A stretch of 64,000 nucleotides of DNA, taken from Eledone cirrhosa (lineage: Eukaryota). A program made the translations under genes and the position numbers. Where the stretch lies: contig OZ024740.1 in the NCBI GenBank assembly GCA_964016885.1, forward strand, positions 82,150,001 to 82,214,000, read 5' to 3'. The notes beneath the pieces were generated by a model. It worked only from the letters and a program-made list of their open reading frames with translations, did not search any database and was not told the origin of the DNA. Shown piece by piece: positions 13,850 to 27,669 of the stretch. The stretch's first letter is position 1; each line of letters starts with the position of its first letter.

Positions 13850-15600
13850 GGCAAAACGATCGGGGGAAATTCCAATATATTGTTCTATATAGGTGCAGGG
13901 ATGGGCATGTGAGACACCCTTCTCAAACTCTTATGCTTTTCCCAGTCTTCTCCTACGGAATTTCTGCCTGGGGACAAAGGACGAATCCCCCCGCCCCACA
14001 AGAAAAAAACATTGTTGTGGAAAACAATTGAGTCGAAATGAATAACCATCCATGCACGAAAATGCCGACTGATGAGCTTGACCATCATGTGCGCAGAGCG
14101 ATGAAACCGTTCTGAACGCACCGTATCCATGCATCGCCGACATGTCTATAGGTTTCTCAACCGTGCCGATGTGGATACTGACAAACGGAATCGGCTATGT
14201 AGATGAGATATTCTGGAGCGAATTGCATAAGGTAAACAAAGGTTGTTGATAATTTAAAGTACAACTACAAATTCTAATAATTTGTAATCAGAATCTAAAT
14301 ACAGAGCATTCATAGACAGAGACCCGGTTACAAAGAGATGAACGCTTTTTTTAGCGCCTTGTAAAGTTAACAGTAACTGGATCTGTGAATTAGTGCAGCG
14401 GACGTTGATGGGAGGAAATCGAACAGATTGTTGTTTGCACAGGAGAGGTTGATTAGAGATGAACAGTTGTATTTAGTAGTGGAGTTACGATAGACAAACC
14501 TAAATTAAAGTGTTAGTTTGTTACAAAAACAGAACATACATTTAGGAAAAAAATTGCAGCCGGTGTGCCTGCGGTGAGATAAAGTCAACAATCCATAACT
14601 TTAGGCTGTCCACAAAACATTCGGCTTCGATCCTGTCTTCAGAGGCGGGATGGCTGCAATTCGCAGAAGCTTTTTCTCGGTAGTCAATGTAAATGACCCC
14701 TTTTTGGAATATTCCAGATCACACACTCAGTCGGTCATAGATGCTTTCACTACTGTCATCTATACGTACTGACGTGCTCGCCACTACTGTGGAAGCTAGA
14801 TATTTTATAAGGACAAACCGCTCGAACCAGGACTTGGAAAGGCCTTGTCGGTATATGCCGGTAAGATCAGTGATAGTGTCGCAAACTTAGGAAATCTAGA
14901 TGGTTGGCATCTTCTTAGCGGAAAAGCATTTGGGGTTACAGCTTGAGACCTGGAGAGGCAAATCCATGCCGAACTGCAGAAAAGTATATCCGAAAGTTCA
15001 CACAGAGTTGGTGAACTAGTAAATCCCTTCTATTGTCGCCTGAGCATAGTGTCCTGCATCAATCGGAGACTCACCAAATGGAAGCGCATGCTCTTCAACT
15101 TCTCTGGGATATGTTCCACCTTTAAAGCTGTTATTCTGATGCGGAAGGGTGGGAATGCCGTCGCTGATGATGCGCAATCATTCGCTGAGACCATGATATC
15201 TGATATTTCTAAACGATACACAGGTGTGGTTGCCTTTTGTCGAACAGTTCTTTCCAGAGCCCATCAATTTGATTGAGCTGCATTCCGATCAAGCAAAGAC
15301 CGAGATTTGGCACACGGTATCTGAACAGCTGTGAGGCGCTCACAACCATTAGCCAACACGGCAATGCAAGCAGTGGACATTCCTCTCTAGAATTCAATAG
15401 AAACCTAGTGTGTTGGCAAGAGCGATGATGTTCTTGGAGAAACTCTGCATGTTGAATAAATATAAATAGCCAGCTCATCCGGAGAAAGTTCTTGCTGGGT
15501 TCCATGGACAATTTCCTGTACTTCTTGGCTTCAATGTGCAACCGAGGATCACAACCAGTTTCAGACGAACATATTATTATGTACCTATATAGGTTTCCTC
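13850..15600 (+). pseudogene. Old, heavily decayed Tx1-like ORF2 remnant
   Basis: VPMWILTNGIG (~14160), FGFDPVFRGGMAAI (~14620) and GKSDDVLGETL..GSMDNF..CNRGSQPV (15415-15570) align with the 1.4-4.9 kb ORF2; boundaries approximate. Confidence 0.7.
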
Positions 15601-16387
15601 TAAACATTACTTATTCAGATAGATATGGTTTGGGAAATTTAATATTCCAACAATACTTTTTTTTGATAAACAACAATTATTGTTTATTTTGTTAGACAAT
15701 ATTTATTTCTTAATGACATTGTCAAAATACGGAGGAATGGCAACGGAAATTGTAAGCCCGGCTTTCTGAAAAATAAGAAAAGAAGCGTAACATTGAACAC
15801 AATTTAATTCCCAAAGAAAAAAAAAGGATTTCGATTTAACTACACAGCAAGATACTAATATTGAACAGGAAAAGAAAGTGAAAAAGAATATTTTAACAAA
15901 TATACCGATTTGTATGCCTCGGGTGAAAACAGTATTGACACGCTTTCCAAAACAAAAATATTTAGGCTAATTCACATGCCAATGGCACTTGTTTAGTAGA
16001 GCAATTGACGCGGAATATTTGAAATTGTGTATCTTCTCGGAGAGAGAGAGAATCATTGAAGGGGAAAAATGTCGCAAAAATATTGTCCGACTACTAGAGC
16101 AGGAAATTGGCTAGCACAGTTATCTCTGTTTAATCGAAATGGGGCAGAGAATTACAAGATGTGATGGTCAGTGGATATGGCAACGCGGTTGTTCTCTCGC
16201 CTATTGTCACATTCTCCCCATAATATGGACAGCGTTTCAGTGAAAATGCTGATATGTGTTCGGGGCGGGCTGTTAGAATCGACTGACAAGCATTATGACG
16301 CCCTTCCTCCAAAATTTAAATAGCTATATAGTTGGTGAATAAAAGCTCAAGTGAATGCGGTGCATATTATTATTATTATTATTATTA

Positions 16388-17720
16388 TCGTATTGAGTCA
16401 ATCGAGGCGTGTGTAACTACGACGGCGTAAGTCAATTGATAGTTTATGTGTTAATAAAACTACGATAGAGAATATATGTCTATCACCCTTAAGGGTTGAA
16501 TTCGTGTTTATTTACTGCCACACCCCTCAATTCTTTTTGAAAAAAAAATGGTGGACGGGATAAATTGTCTGCAGTGAAGTACAGCGGATTGTTCAGAAAG
16601 TGTAACAGCCAATTTGGTCCAATCACATGGCATAAGCAAACAAAAAAAGAGAAGCAGCAGCAGCCTGATCAACAGTGGCAGCAACAACGCCACCAGTAAG
16701 GAATTTAACATTATCGCCAGCGGCAGCAGTAACTACACAGCGCCAGATTATTTAGATAATTTCCCGTTGGTAGACACCAACAATTACAAAGACGACTTTA
16801 ACACCAGCGCCATAACAACAAGAGGAGCAGCAGCAACCGCAAAACTTCCAAACAACAAAAATTGTAACAACAGCAACACAGAAGGAAAAACTAACAATAC
16901 CACCAAGCTACATCATTCGCGAAGGCTGCCAAAAATGTTGAACGTGTACGCGTCAGAACATGTAAGGAGATGAGGCAAGCCAAGGTGTTCGTAAAAAAAA
17001 AGACAAAGAGTAAGTCTCACGCACCCACCGACGTTTGTGTATGGTCTCTTATCGTACACTTTGACTGAAATCGTGACAGATGGAACGGGTATCTGAGTTG
17101 CATGTCCAAAGCGCTATGCGTGCCGTCTAGGCACAGAAAACCTACATAGCCTGATGATAGAACTATGGCACAGTGCATGTTCTCTCCGCTACACCCGAAG
17201 AAGCCAGAGCAGACACTATTACGCCACTCCGCAGTGACTAAATGGTGATGGTGCCCACATATTGCGGCAAAACAGTCGTGAGGGTCCGAATGAACCAGGT
17301 TCCGCCCTTAGTGGAGATCACTTGGCTGATGGCGGCCGTCCTCCCTGACGTTGAGGAGTCAACATCAAACCTAGACGTCATGCGAATAAGACAGGAAAAC
17401 TGGTCAGGCTCGAGAATGGAGCTAATTATCCAATCGGACCATGAGAGGATAAAGGCCATCCCCGATGTTATCGATCTGGATGACGGCAGCCACTTACCCA
17501 TGACTGTCAAATGTAGGCGCTCAAGGTGACACAGGTGCGGTGACAAGATACACCTTAAGGCCTTCTGGCCCAAACTCACCAAGGCGGGCACATACCCTCT
17601 CCCCCATCTCCCTACACCGTACTCCGCCTCGACTGGAGTGGCCAAACCACTCCATTACCGCAGTGGCCGAAAAACTACCAGTACTAACAACAAAAACACT
17701 ATCTCCTCCACCACAAATAT
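16388..17720 (+). mobile_element. Tx1-like 5' part (5' UTR + decayed ORF1), starting right after an (ATT)n tract
   Basis: WLMAAVL..ENWSGSRMELIIQ..IPDVIDLDDGSHL homologous to ORF 5173-5991; (ATT)n at 16365-16388. Confidence 0.8.
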
Positions 17721-17831
17721 TGATTTTGATTTTCTTGCGTTACGTAGTTCCACTTAAAGAGTCGTAATGCTTTTGTTCCCTTTGCAATTTTAAGGATTTT
17801 GGAAATATTGTTTTTAAAGTAGTTAGTACAA

Positions 17832-18012
17832 CATTGTGGATTGGCAGTATCGGTAGAGGGTCGGACGCCATGCTTTCCATCATAGTTACGTCCCTTTACG
17901 GTCTGCGTTCAAATCCCGCCGAGGTTAACTTTGCCTTTCATCCTTACGGGGTTGATAAAATAAAGTACTGGGTAATTGATGGCCTTGTGCCAAAAGTAGA
18001 AACAATTATATA
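17832..18012 (+). mobile_element. tRNA-derived SINE, same family as 7207-7372
   Basis: A-box tggcagtatcgg, B-box gttcaaatccc, core and gtagaaacaatta end. Confidence 0.88.
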
Positions 18013-20242
18013 TATATAAATAACTTAAAATCCGTAGTATACATTTTAAATATTCCGAGGTCAGTAGAATAGCTTTGAATGGCAAGAGATAGATGTGCGT
18101 GAGTAAGGACTATAAAAACAACATCTGCTAACATTCAATTAACAGGAACTGAAAGAATTTCATACAGCTTCTTGCATCGAACCAGATTTTTTAAATGTTC
18201 GCCAATTTCGTTTCTTTTATATTTTTTGTAGGCTTATCTATTTGCATATTTCTCACACGTCATTGATGTGTAGCTTGTAGTTGTCATTTAATACACGTGA
18301 GGTTTCACCAGTTGTCTGTTTGTGTGGGAGTAACATTTATAATTTTGATTCGATGGTGCCTGAAAATAGTTTTGCTTTTACATTATCCTACAGCAAGTTA
18401 CTAAAAGTGTATAACTTTATTTCATATAATTATTATCATTGTTACTACTATCCCTAAATTTGGTGGGGATTCAACTCAATTTATATACTATCTTAAATTG
18501 TATTTATTTAGTCGGTCTAAACTATGTCATGCTTGCTTATTCCTAATTTGAAACCTATATATATGCAAACGAATACCAATCCAATCTCTGCCATACCGTT
18601 CAGCACAGGCGATCATGCCTCTTTGTCTTACATGTTTCTAGCCACCTGAAATATGACTTTTGGCTTGCATGGCCAAAAATCCCAACCGATTAATTTGTTT
18701 TGATATTTTGCCTGGCTCCACACATTTTCCAAGTAATCTTTCCTGGCAAACAAAGTGATTTTCTAAGTGCAACAATGAAATATGGAGAAATATATCTCAA
18801 TCTTCAGCAAGGATCATTGGTGTTGACATATCTAGTTTTACGGTAAGACTAGATCCATTCGCCTTATGCAAAGTAATTTAGATATTGCAAATAAATGGGG
18901 TTCACAAAGATGTTTATATATGATATGCACTATACGCATACATTCGTAAGATTTTGTCACGATATATTAATATAAGTTACATCTCTGTATTCTTCTTCCA
19001 TTTTCATAAAATATTAATATAAGTAACACTTCTTGTATTTTTCTATATTTTTAAACTCTTCTAAATCCAGTCGAAATTAAAACATGTATCTTATGCTACG
19101 CAAGATTCAAGATAATGTGTACAATATTCTCTTTCGTAATATATAAAGCGAATATCAATTTATTATTTGTAAGCGATATATGAATACTAAATACATTTGA
19201 AAACTACCAGTTAGTGCGCATGACTAAAGAAAATATTTGTTGGATAAGAAAGCTGAAATATGGGAGTAGTTTCTACTAGTACGTAATACAAGACGAAGCT
19301 ATGGATAATTTACAAACTAGCAATTTTCTATGAAGAAATATGTATTTATCTGATGATCAATCATATATACAGAGGCATTAATCTGCGTAGACATCCATCA
19401 ATTAAAATTATTAAATACATTAACAAATTATGCCTGATGAAATATATAATATATTGCTAATACTTAGAAAAGCTGATATTCTTGAACGAATGAATAATCA
19501 CTCTCTCTTCCTCTCTCTCGACGTGGATATATGTGAATACAATAACAGGAGAAATTGCACAGAATTACTTTGATAAACTGTTTCCGTTTGTTTCACCAGA
19601 GCATCCTCGATCTCCCTATTGATCTTTCTCACTATCCCTCACTCTCTGTTTATCTCTCTCTCTGCTTCCTTATCCTCTCGTAAGTCTACTAATTCAACTT
19701 ACTTCATGTTGTCCGGCCATTCATTCGGACTTTAAGCCGGTAGACCTGTTAAGAAGCGGACATAATTTCTTCGCTTCCTATGTCATATAAAAGACATAAA
19801 AATTTCCTTGTGTTGCATGTTTACCGGCACAGTCTGTTGTCCTTTTATTTCTGCTTGTAAATTTTCACGTATCTGCTTCGGTAGGAATACCACGCATAAA
19901 TGTTTCCTGTCTATGCCTTAATTTGTTATCGTCTCACATGCACCATACCAACAGCGTGAACTCCAATCATTTTGTTAAACTGTTAATACCATTAGAGTAC
20001 TACATTAATGCGAGAAACGTCACTGTCAGTAAGGCCGCTGACGAGGTAACGAGGCATGTGTCTGTTCATTTTATGTTACCGTGTGTATTGTGTCCTGTCA
20101 CTATATATAAATCAGCATTAAACCAGTTTTAAACCAGTCAGACCATTATTATCAGAGCACTCGATACTTGGGACAGCAGAGTGTGACTATATAAAGAACA
20201 GTTGGGGTACTACGGCTGAGCAAGGTCATCGGGCTACGACCA

Positions 20243-20301
<59 letters not shown>

Positions 20302-20303
<2 letters not shown>

Positions 20304-20381
20304 TGGTTACACAACCATTAGTTCACCATACCGACTGACTGCTCTACCACTACTGATATTACCTTCCAGTGTTCCACCACT
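20302..20381. mobile_element. 80-bp internally deleted version of the AGTGG...CCACT element in (TA)n
   Basis: Both ends match the ends of 34244-34651. Confidence 0.6.
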
Positions 20382-20410
20382 ATATATATCTCTCTCTCTC
20401 TCTATATATA

Positions 20411-20458
<48 letters not shown>

Positions 20459-20566
20459 GAGGGTCTTTGGAATATAGTCCTCAATCAGGCCATCCGTTGG
20501 GTTCTCTCTGTATCAACCGTCTCCATTACATTATGTTACACTATCTCCATTATATTATATTACACG

Positions 20567-20764
20567 TATTGGCAGTATCAGTAAGGGGTACGACACCATG
20601 CTTTACAGCATAGAATTACGGCCCTTCATGATCTGAGTTCAAATGCCGCCGAGGTCAACTTTGCCTTTCATCCTTACGTGGTCGATAGAATAAAGTACCA
20701 GTCACGCACTGGTGTCGATTTAATTGACTTTCCCCCCTCCCCCAAAATTGCTGGCCTTGTGCCT
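20567..20764 (+). mobile_element. tRNA-derived SINE (longer variant of the same family)
   Basis: tggcagtatcag..gagttcaaatgccgccgaggtcaactttgcctttcatcc..ggccttgtgcc. Confidence 0.88.
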
Positions 20765-22145
20765 ATATATGTTACACTAAGTAACCTTCCACATAGATAT
20801 TTCAGAATGTTGTTAAGAGACTAGTGCTAATCCCCTTAAGGTTTCAAAAAGCCGAGGGTGTTTTCCTTCACCGTCTATATTTGAACGCTTTTAGAACTGT
20901 TTGGGTAAAGGGAATACATTGAGAGTATAATTAACAAGAATGTTCAGTGTGTTATATGTAGAGCAGTCATTATAGATCGCGATTTTCCGTGCGTGTATTG
21001 CTCATATAATCATCATGCGTGAGAGAAGGCGGAAAGCACCGATCTGAGACATTGGTTAAAATCCGTAAGATAACGTGTAAAAGGAATTAGCTTTCGTTTC
21101 GTTCAGAGATGCCATCATATCTGTAGGATTCATTGAGAAATCCATTGTGGTTTCCCAAGGAGCCTTACAAGAATCTCGGTGTTAAGTAAACACAATCCTC
21201 ATTGGGAGCCGGAATGCCGTGCAGATAAGATCCAACATCTCAAGATATTTGGTCATTAGACTTAATGTTTGTGATGCGAAAGTGGGTAGGGTAGGATCTG
21301 CTATGCAGCAAACTGCTCCCGTTGTGTTAGGCAGGCAGTAAATATGCTACCTGGGACATTAATAAAATCTGCTGTATTTGTGTGTATTCAGAGAGCCCAA
21401 TGGGAGATAGCATTTGATTTCTTAAGTAAATGGTACAGGTTTGTATGTGGATTTGTATTTGAGGTTTGAGATAAGGCAGTGCTCAGATGAAGCAAGATTT
21501 CCTATTATATTTTTAGTGTACTAAATGTTGCGATTTGTATGTATGCATGAATACATGTATGCGAACATTAAACGGAATCAATGAAGCAAACAATACAATA
21601 AAATGAACAAATGTATTAAATTAACACGTAATATAGAAAGAAGGTAGGTGGAGACTAGTTTTTATCAGAAGATACGATGAACAATGAAAGATGAAATGGA
21701 ATGTTAGAGAGGGGGAAGGAGAATGAACTCAATTTGTGTATGTCCAGTCAGCCATTCTAGTATATGTATATATATATATATATACCCACACACACACAGA
21801 CACACCCACACACATCTATATATATATATATATATATAATATACTACATAGAAATATACACAGAGAGAAGTGTGTTTAGAATTACAAGGGTTGATAAACC
21901 ACTCGGGTGAAATGCATATAATCTATGAACAAACGGAAAATAAATAACAACCGGAAAATTTGAATTGAAATGTATAACCATTTCAATAACTATGGAACTC
22001 CTGAACTAACTACAGACATAGTTTGTCTCGCCATAAATTTGTGTCCGTTCATATATATATATATAGATATAGATATATATATATAAAGTATTAAAAAAAT
22101 AATGAATAAAACAATGAAACAGTTCCATATATTAAACAAAAAAAG

Positions 22146-22298
22146 TTCATTATTTAACGATCGTTTCTAGGACATATATGTGTTAGAATTGGCATGCATA
22201 TTCAACAGATCTATGTACAAAATTATACAAAATTATACAAACTATCAAATATAATATACATACCAACACATACATATGCCGTCTTCAGAAATAATGAA
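22146..22298 (-). ncRNA. Type I hammerhead ribozyme with very long stem II
   Basis: Perfect 10-bp stem I UUCAUUAUUU/AAAUAAUGAA; CUGAAGA; ~16-bp imperfect stem II with ~80-nt loop; GAAAC-GAUC-GUU. Confidence 0.75.
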
Positions 22299-22539
22299 AT
22301 ATATTTATTGATAATCACAACGATTCAAAATGACAGGTCTGTTTGGGAACAGAGTTCAAATTGACCAATGAAATACACAAAAATATATCAAGAAAATACA
22401 GTTAGGTGTGTGTATATATGTAAGTAACTTCGTTCACAGATATGCATAAAAATATATGTTCACATGCATACGCATGCCGAAAAAATGTATGTAAATACAA
22501 AAATTCAGGGCTAATGTCTCTGTATGTTTATAATCTACA

Positions 22540-22900
22540 GATAAAATACACATACGTATATAAACATATATACATTCATATATACACACATATACATACA
22601 TTCACACACACACACGCATATACACATAAACATACACATACCCACGAACATACACACACACACACACACACACATATGTATATATTATTATTATAACTAT
22701 ATGGATATTAAGGCGCACACATAAACACTGCCACACATATATTTACATCTAGATGCAGAAGTAGGTAAAGGGGGTCAGTAATTATTAAGGGTGTCAGACA
22801 ACTGCCTATTTATAAAATGTATCTATAATTTTAGAAATAAAAAGAAATATATTTAAAAAAAATATAAACAAGTAAAATATATACTCATACATAGAATACA

Positions 22901-22984
<84 letters not shown>

Positions 22985-23346
22985 CACATATATATAGAGA
23001 GACACATACATATACATATATAAATACATAGACACATATACATACACACAATATATATACATATATTCACAACACACATATATATATACACATATATGTA
23101 CATACACATACACACATACATACAAATACATATATACATACACACACATATATATACACACACACACACATACATATACGTATATATACACACACATATC
23201 CATGTATGTATATACACATACAACCACACGCTCACACAACTCAGACATACATAAATAAAGAGATATACATACACAAATATACATATATATATATATAGAT
23301 ATATACATACACATAAATATATATACACACACACACACATATACAT

Positions 23347-23399
<53 letters not shown>

Positions 23400-23720
23400 A
23401 ATAAATAAATAAATAAATAAATACACACAGTCAGACAATTATGCACACATATATATATATATATATACATACACACATCTCTACAAATATATATACACAC
23501 ATACACACGCACACATACATATATACATACACACATATATATATAGACACACATATACACATATATATACACATATATATACATATATATACATACACAT
23601 ATATATATATATACAATCATACATACTTATTTACATGCGCACATATGTATTTTTATACTCACATACAAACACCCAAACATACATATCTACTTACATACAC
23701 ATACATACATCCATGCTTAC
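22540..23720. repeat. Degenerate (TA)/(CA) low-complexity tract
   Basis: Seen directly; the ORFs here are YI/VC repeats. Confidence 0.95.
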
Positions 23721-23879
23721 AAATACAAATAATTATAGGGGGGGAGGGGATTAAAATTATTAGTGGGAAATAGTAAATATAGTTTTCAAGGAACATAGAA
23801 TATTAATCTGCATTTAGATTATAATATGTGTTTACATAGTAGTTTCAGTATTAGGAAATGTAAGAAAGAAGGCAAAATT

Positions 23880-24800
23880 ATACATTATAATATAAGTAGA
23901 CTATTAATTATAGGTTAACTGAATTAAAAATAGTTAATATATTGATTTCTAAGGTGTATACTACTTAGGTTTATAATATTTGAAGCGGAATTTTGAAGTT
24001 AAACAGTAGTAGAGTATTAATTATAGCATAACTAAATTAAAAATATTAACATTATGGTATCAATATTAGGAAATGAATTTAGTAATAGGGAAAACCAAAT
24101 CAAGTATTTCATCGGTAGTAGAATATAAATTATAGGTTAAATAAATTAAAAATTATCTATTAATTTCTATAGTATTTTTTAATTAGGTTTATAATAATTA
24201 AAGCAGATTTTGTATTTTATCTATAGTAGAATATAATTATAGGTTAACAAAAATTAAAATTAATATATATATATATATATTTAATTGTAAAGAATATATC
24301 AATTAGGTATATATTTAAATATGTATCTCAGTTTATGATTACATGATATTCTGCAATCCATCTGTATTAGAATTTTAAATTGTAAGCTAATTAAATTAAA
24401 ATTATAGGTTAACTAAATTAAAATTAATTTATAAATAAATTTCTAAATTGTACATTAATTAGGTTTATAATATTAAAAAATATTTCTCTGTTATTGATTA
24501 CACGATATTTTGTTATATTTCATCTGTAAAGGAATTTTAATAAAAGGTTAAATAAACTAAAATTAATCTATAAATTAATTTACAAAGTATATATTAATTA
24601 TGTTAATAATATTTAAAAGTTTTTCACAATTTATGATTACACAATATTTTATAATCTCATCTGTAGTAGAATTTTAATTAAATTAAATTTATAGGTTAAC
24701 TACATTTAAATTAAATTATATATTAATTTCTAAAATATATATTATTAATTAGGTTTATAATATTTAAATGTTTTTCTCAGTTTATGATTACACGATATAA
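23880..24800. repeat. Degenerate AT-rich tandem repeat, ~140-165-bp units
   Basis: tgattacaygatat-like motif recurs at ~24336, 24495, 24635, 24785; ataggttaactaaattaaaa recurs. Confidence 0.7.
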
Positions 24801-25175
24801 TTAATTCCTGTCGCTTATTTAATAGGATATCCTTAGATTTCATTATTTCAAATAGTTCTTGGGAACATAATCTACATTCATTTCTATTATTTTGATAAGG
24901 GGTGGCTCTTTTGAGCACACTCCAGGTCATATCATATTCTATATTCTTATTTCTATAACTATTAATTTTTTCTGCTAGAGATGTTGTATTAGCCAGTGCG
25001 GCATTTTAAAAAAACTATGTTTGTGGGTATTAAACCTTACCTTAAAATTGTTAGAAGTAGCTCCTATATATGAGCAAATAGAATCTTTAGTTTTAACTTT
25101 ACATTTATAAACTATGTTGTTAACAAGACAATTTCCTTTTAATGGGCAGTTTGCTTTGTTTCTACAGTTACAACC
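24745..25175 (-). pseudogene. GIY-YIG endonuclease C-terminal remnant (Naiad-type PLE)
   Basis: CNCRNKANCPLKGNCL..IVYKC..YIGATSNNFKVRFNTHK..WSVLKRATPY..CRLCSQE..LLNKRQE..CNH. Confidence 0.8.
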
Positions 25176-25294
25176 TTTCGTTAATTCTGTATTTGAGGAG
25201 ATATTATGGTTAGTTTGATGAGTTCTTCATACGGATTGGACACTACCGTAAACTCTTGGTAGATTTATCTACATGATATATATATATATATATT

Positions 25295-25512
25295 TTTTTT
25301 TTAATCGATCGACTTTCATCGACTTTCATCGATCGACTTTCCGTTGGTCTTTCGAATTGCTAATACTATCTATCGGTCGCAACTCCAGGTAGAAGGAGCA
25401 ACATGAAGTAAGGTGTCTTGCTCAGAGACATAACGCATCGCCTGGTCCAGGAATCGAACTCACAACCTTACGATTGCGAATCCAATTCTCTAACCACTCA
25501 GTCACACGCCTT
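25295..25512 (-). mobile_element. tRNA-derived SINE of a second family (CORE-like domain)
   Basis: Minus strand: tgactgagtggttag (A box), gagttcgattcc (B box), gcgttatgtctctgagcaagacacct, aaagtcgat repeats, poly(A). Confidence 0.75.
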
Positions 25513-26496
25513 AGATATATATACTGAATATATATACTGAATATATATACAGAGAAAGTGCGAAACATTCCAATTTAATTAATTGTAGAACCGCGTTTAG
25601 AGTGACTAAACTCTACATAAAGGTTGAAGTATGATGTGTATGTATATTTTAGAGGAATAGCCTATTGGGTTTGCGTATTATTTAGAGGTTATGCATGGAT
25701 TCCTGCTAAATCGAAGTATACGCATGTTAGAGAAGTGGGGAAAACATTTGCTATAAAGCATAGTTCTGTTACATACCACCATGCGTTCTTATAAAGGGTA
25801 GCGCTCCCTGAAATTGTCATGAAACGCTCCTTATTTGTGATCAATTCAAACACAATTGTCATTTTTTTACATATCTAAATGATTTAAGAAATGCATTTTA
25901 AAATTTCTGAAACAAAGTATGAAGTAAGGCCATTTCCCTAGACGGAAAATTATAATACACACATGAACCACTTTCAATTAAGTTCCCCATTATATTTTTA
26001 CAGCAACTTGTACTAACAGCTTCTTATTTTCCAAACCATGTTTACCATTACTTTATTTCACATATTAATTAATTTTAGTTTCCAATCCGAGTTTTAAAAA
26101 TGTATTTTCTAACCTTATTTCGAGCAAATATTTCTTTTCGCATTCACATTTGGACTCTTTTCGTTCTCTTTCGAAACTGCCATCATTTACTGATAAATCC
26201 TTGGACTAATGTCAATTCAGTGAAATATTCAGTATGAACCGAAACGTTTGCTTGCTGAAAGCAATTCTATCCATAAATATTTCACCTCAGCTGAACATAT
26301 TTCGAGTTGTTGCTATTGATTTTTGGTTATTCAGTACTTACGAAGTTAAATATTTAAATACACATATACACGCCAATATCTATCCATTTATCTTTCCCTC
26401 GTTCGTTTGTATATGTAGACACAGACACACTCACAGACACACACAGAGACACAGACATACACACCCACACCCACACCCACATACACACACACACAT

Positions 26497-26558
<62 letters not shown>

Positions 26559-27593
26559 TTATATAACCTCGTATACAGCCATAGATTTTAATACCGGAAA
26601 CTGTATGAACGTGTGTTGGATGAGTGTAGTGTAATTGAAGGATGCAGCCCTGCTGGACTGACACGCTGATACGACTTCAGATTTACATTATGAGTACATA
26701 CTAATTCAATCTGTAGGTTATTCAATTCCTCAGAAATTGACGCCTGTTCGTCGTTCTTGACTTTAGAGTCCATCCTTCATAATGTGTTTGCTTTAAGTAT
26801 GTATACGAACTTACAGATTTTGAATCAGTCATACGATAAAATAGTTTAATGTAAAAATATTCTGGTTCTTAGATCATTCTAAATACCACGAAACGCATTC
26901 TTCTGGTTTCTAAACAGATTTAATAAACTTTTAACAATTCCTCGTAGATATGTCTTTTGACGGTGTTGTTTGAATTGTATAGACTTCATCCATGTTTATC
27001 TCATCGCATTGATAGTCGTTATATCTATCATAGAATTTGTTATTCAAATTGTTCTTACTGAGATGGAACTGGTCTGCGTGCTATTTCCAACAGATTTATT
27101 GATGAAATAGTTCCTTCTTTGTTGGCTTGTAATTTTAATGTTATATCACTAAGGGAAATTGCTTATGTTATTTAGGTGGGATAGGTTAAATTTATTAGAA
27201 ACGTTTGAACAATTTTACCTTTTTATGTAGCATTTGTGCGGACAAAATTCTATGCATATAGTTTTAGGACGTAGTATTGACAACTCGGATGTAAGAAAGC
27301 TAAAGTTATGTAAATATTACACACTATTAAATTAATTAAATTCTGTAACTTCACCGCCTGGGTGCATATATGCTCGCAAATGCATAGGTTAAAATTCACC
27401 AAATACGATAACTTATATGGAATATATAACAAGTAATTAAAAGGCGTATATCAAATAATAGAAAAGCAGAGATACACATATTCATGTTACACACACATAT
27501 ACAAACATACACACACACACACAAACTCAGACACATATGCGCACACACACTAATTTATATGTATATATATATATATATATAAAGAGATGAAGT

Positions 27594-27595
<2 letters not shown>

Positions 27596-27668
<73 letters not shown>
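27596..27668. repeat. (GA)n microsatellite
   Basis: Seen directly. Confidence 0.97.

Positions 27669-27669
<1 letters not shown>

Larger units (their letters stand above)
22086..25200 (-). mobile_element. 5'-truncated Penelope-like element (Naiad-type GIY-YIG, long low-complexity 3' region, terminal hammerhead)
   Basis: GIY-YIG remnant at 24745-25175, hammerhead at 22146-22298 on the same strand, end in (TA)n; joining them into one element is inferred. Confidence 0.6.

Noticed and set aside
15030-15276. Resemblance to a Gypsy RNase H end (RRLTKW..KGGNAVAD)
   Set aside because: Flanking peptides align collinearly with the Tx1 ORF2 in this window
19900-20250. Solo LTR (TATA-like boxes)
   Set aside because: No clear TG..CA termini, target-site duplication or second copy
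22442-23773. Long ORFs (up to 255 aa) of YI/VC/HT repeats here and at other TA/CA tracts
   Set aside because: Translations of dinucleotide microsatellites
25430-25512. tRNA gene
   Set aside because: A and B boxes are present but there is no cloverleaf and it continues into a SINE body
25580-26255. Two further hammerhead-like remnants (~25590 minus, ~26225 plus)
   Set aside because: Core too degenerate to support
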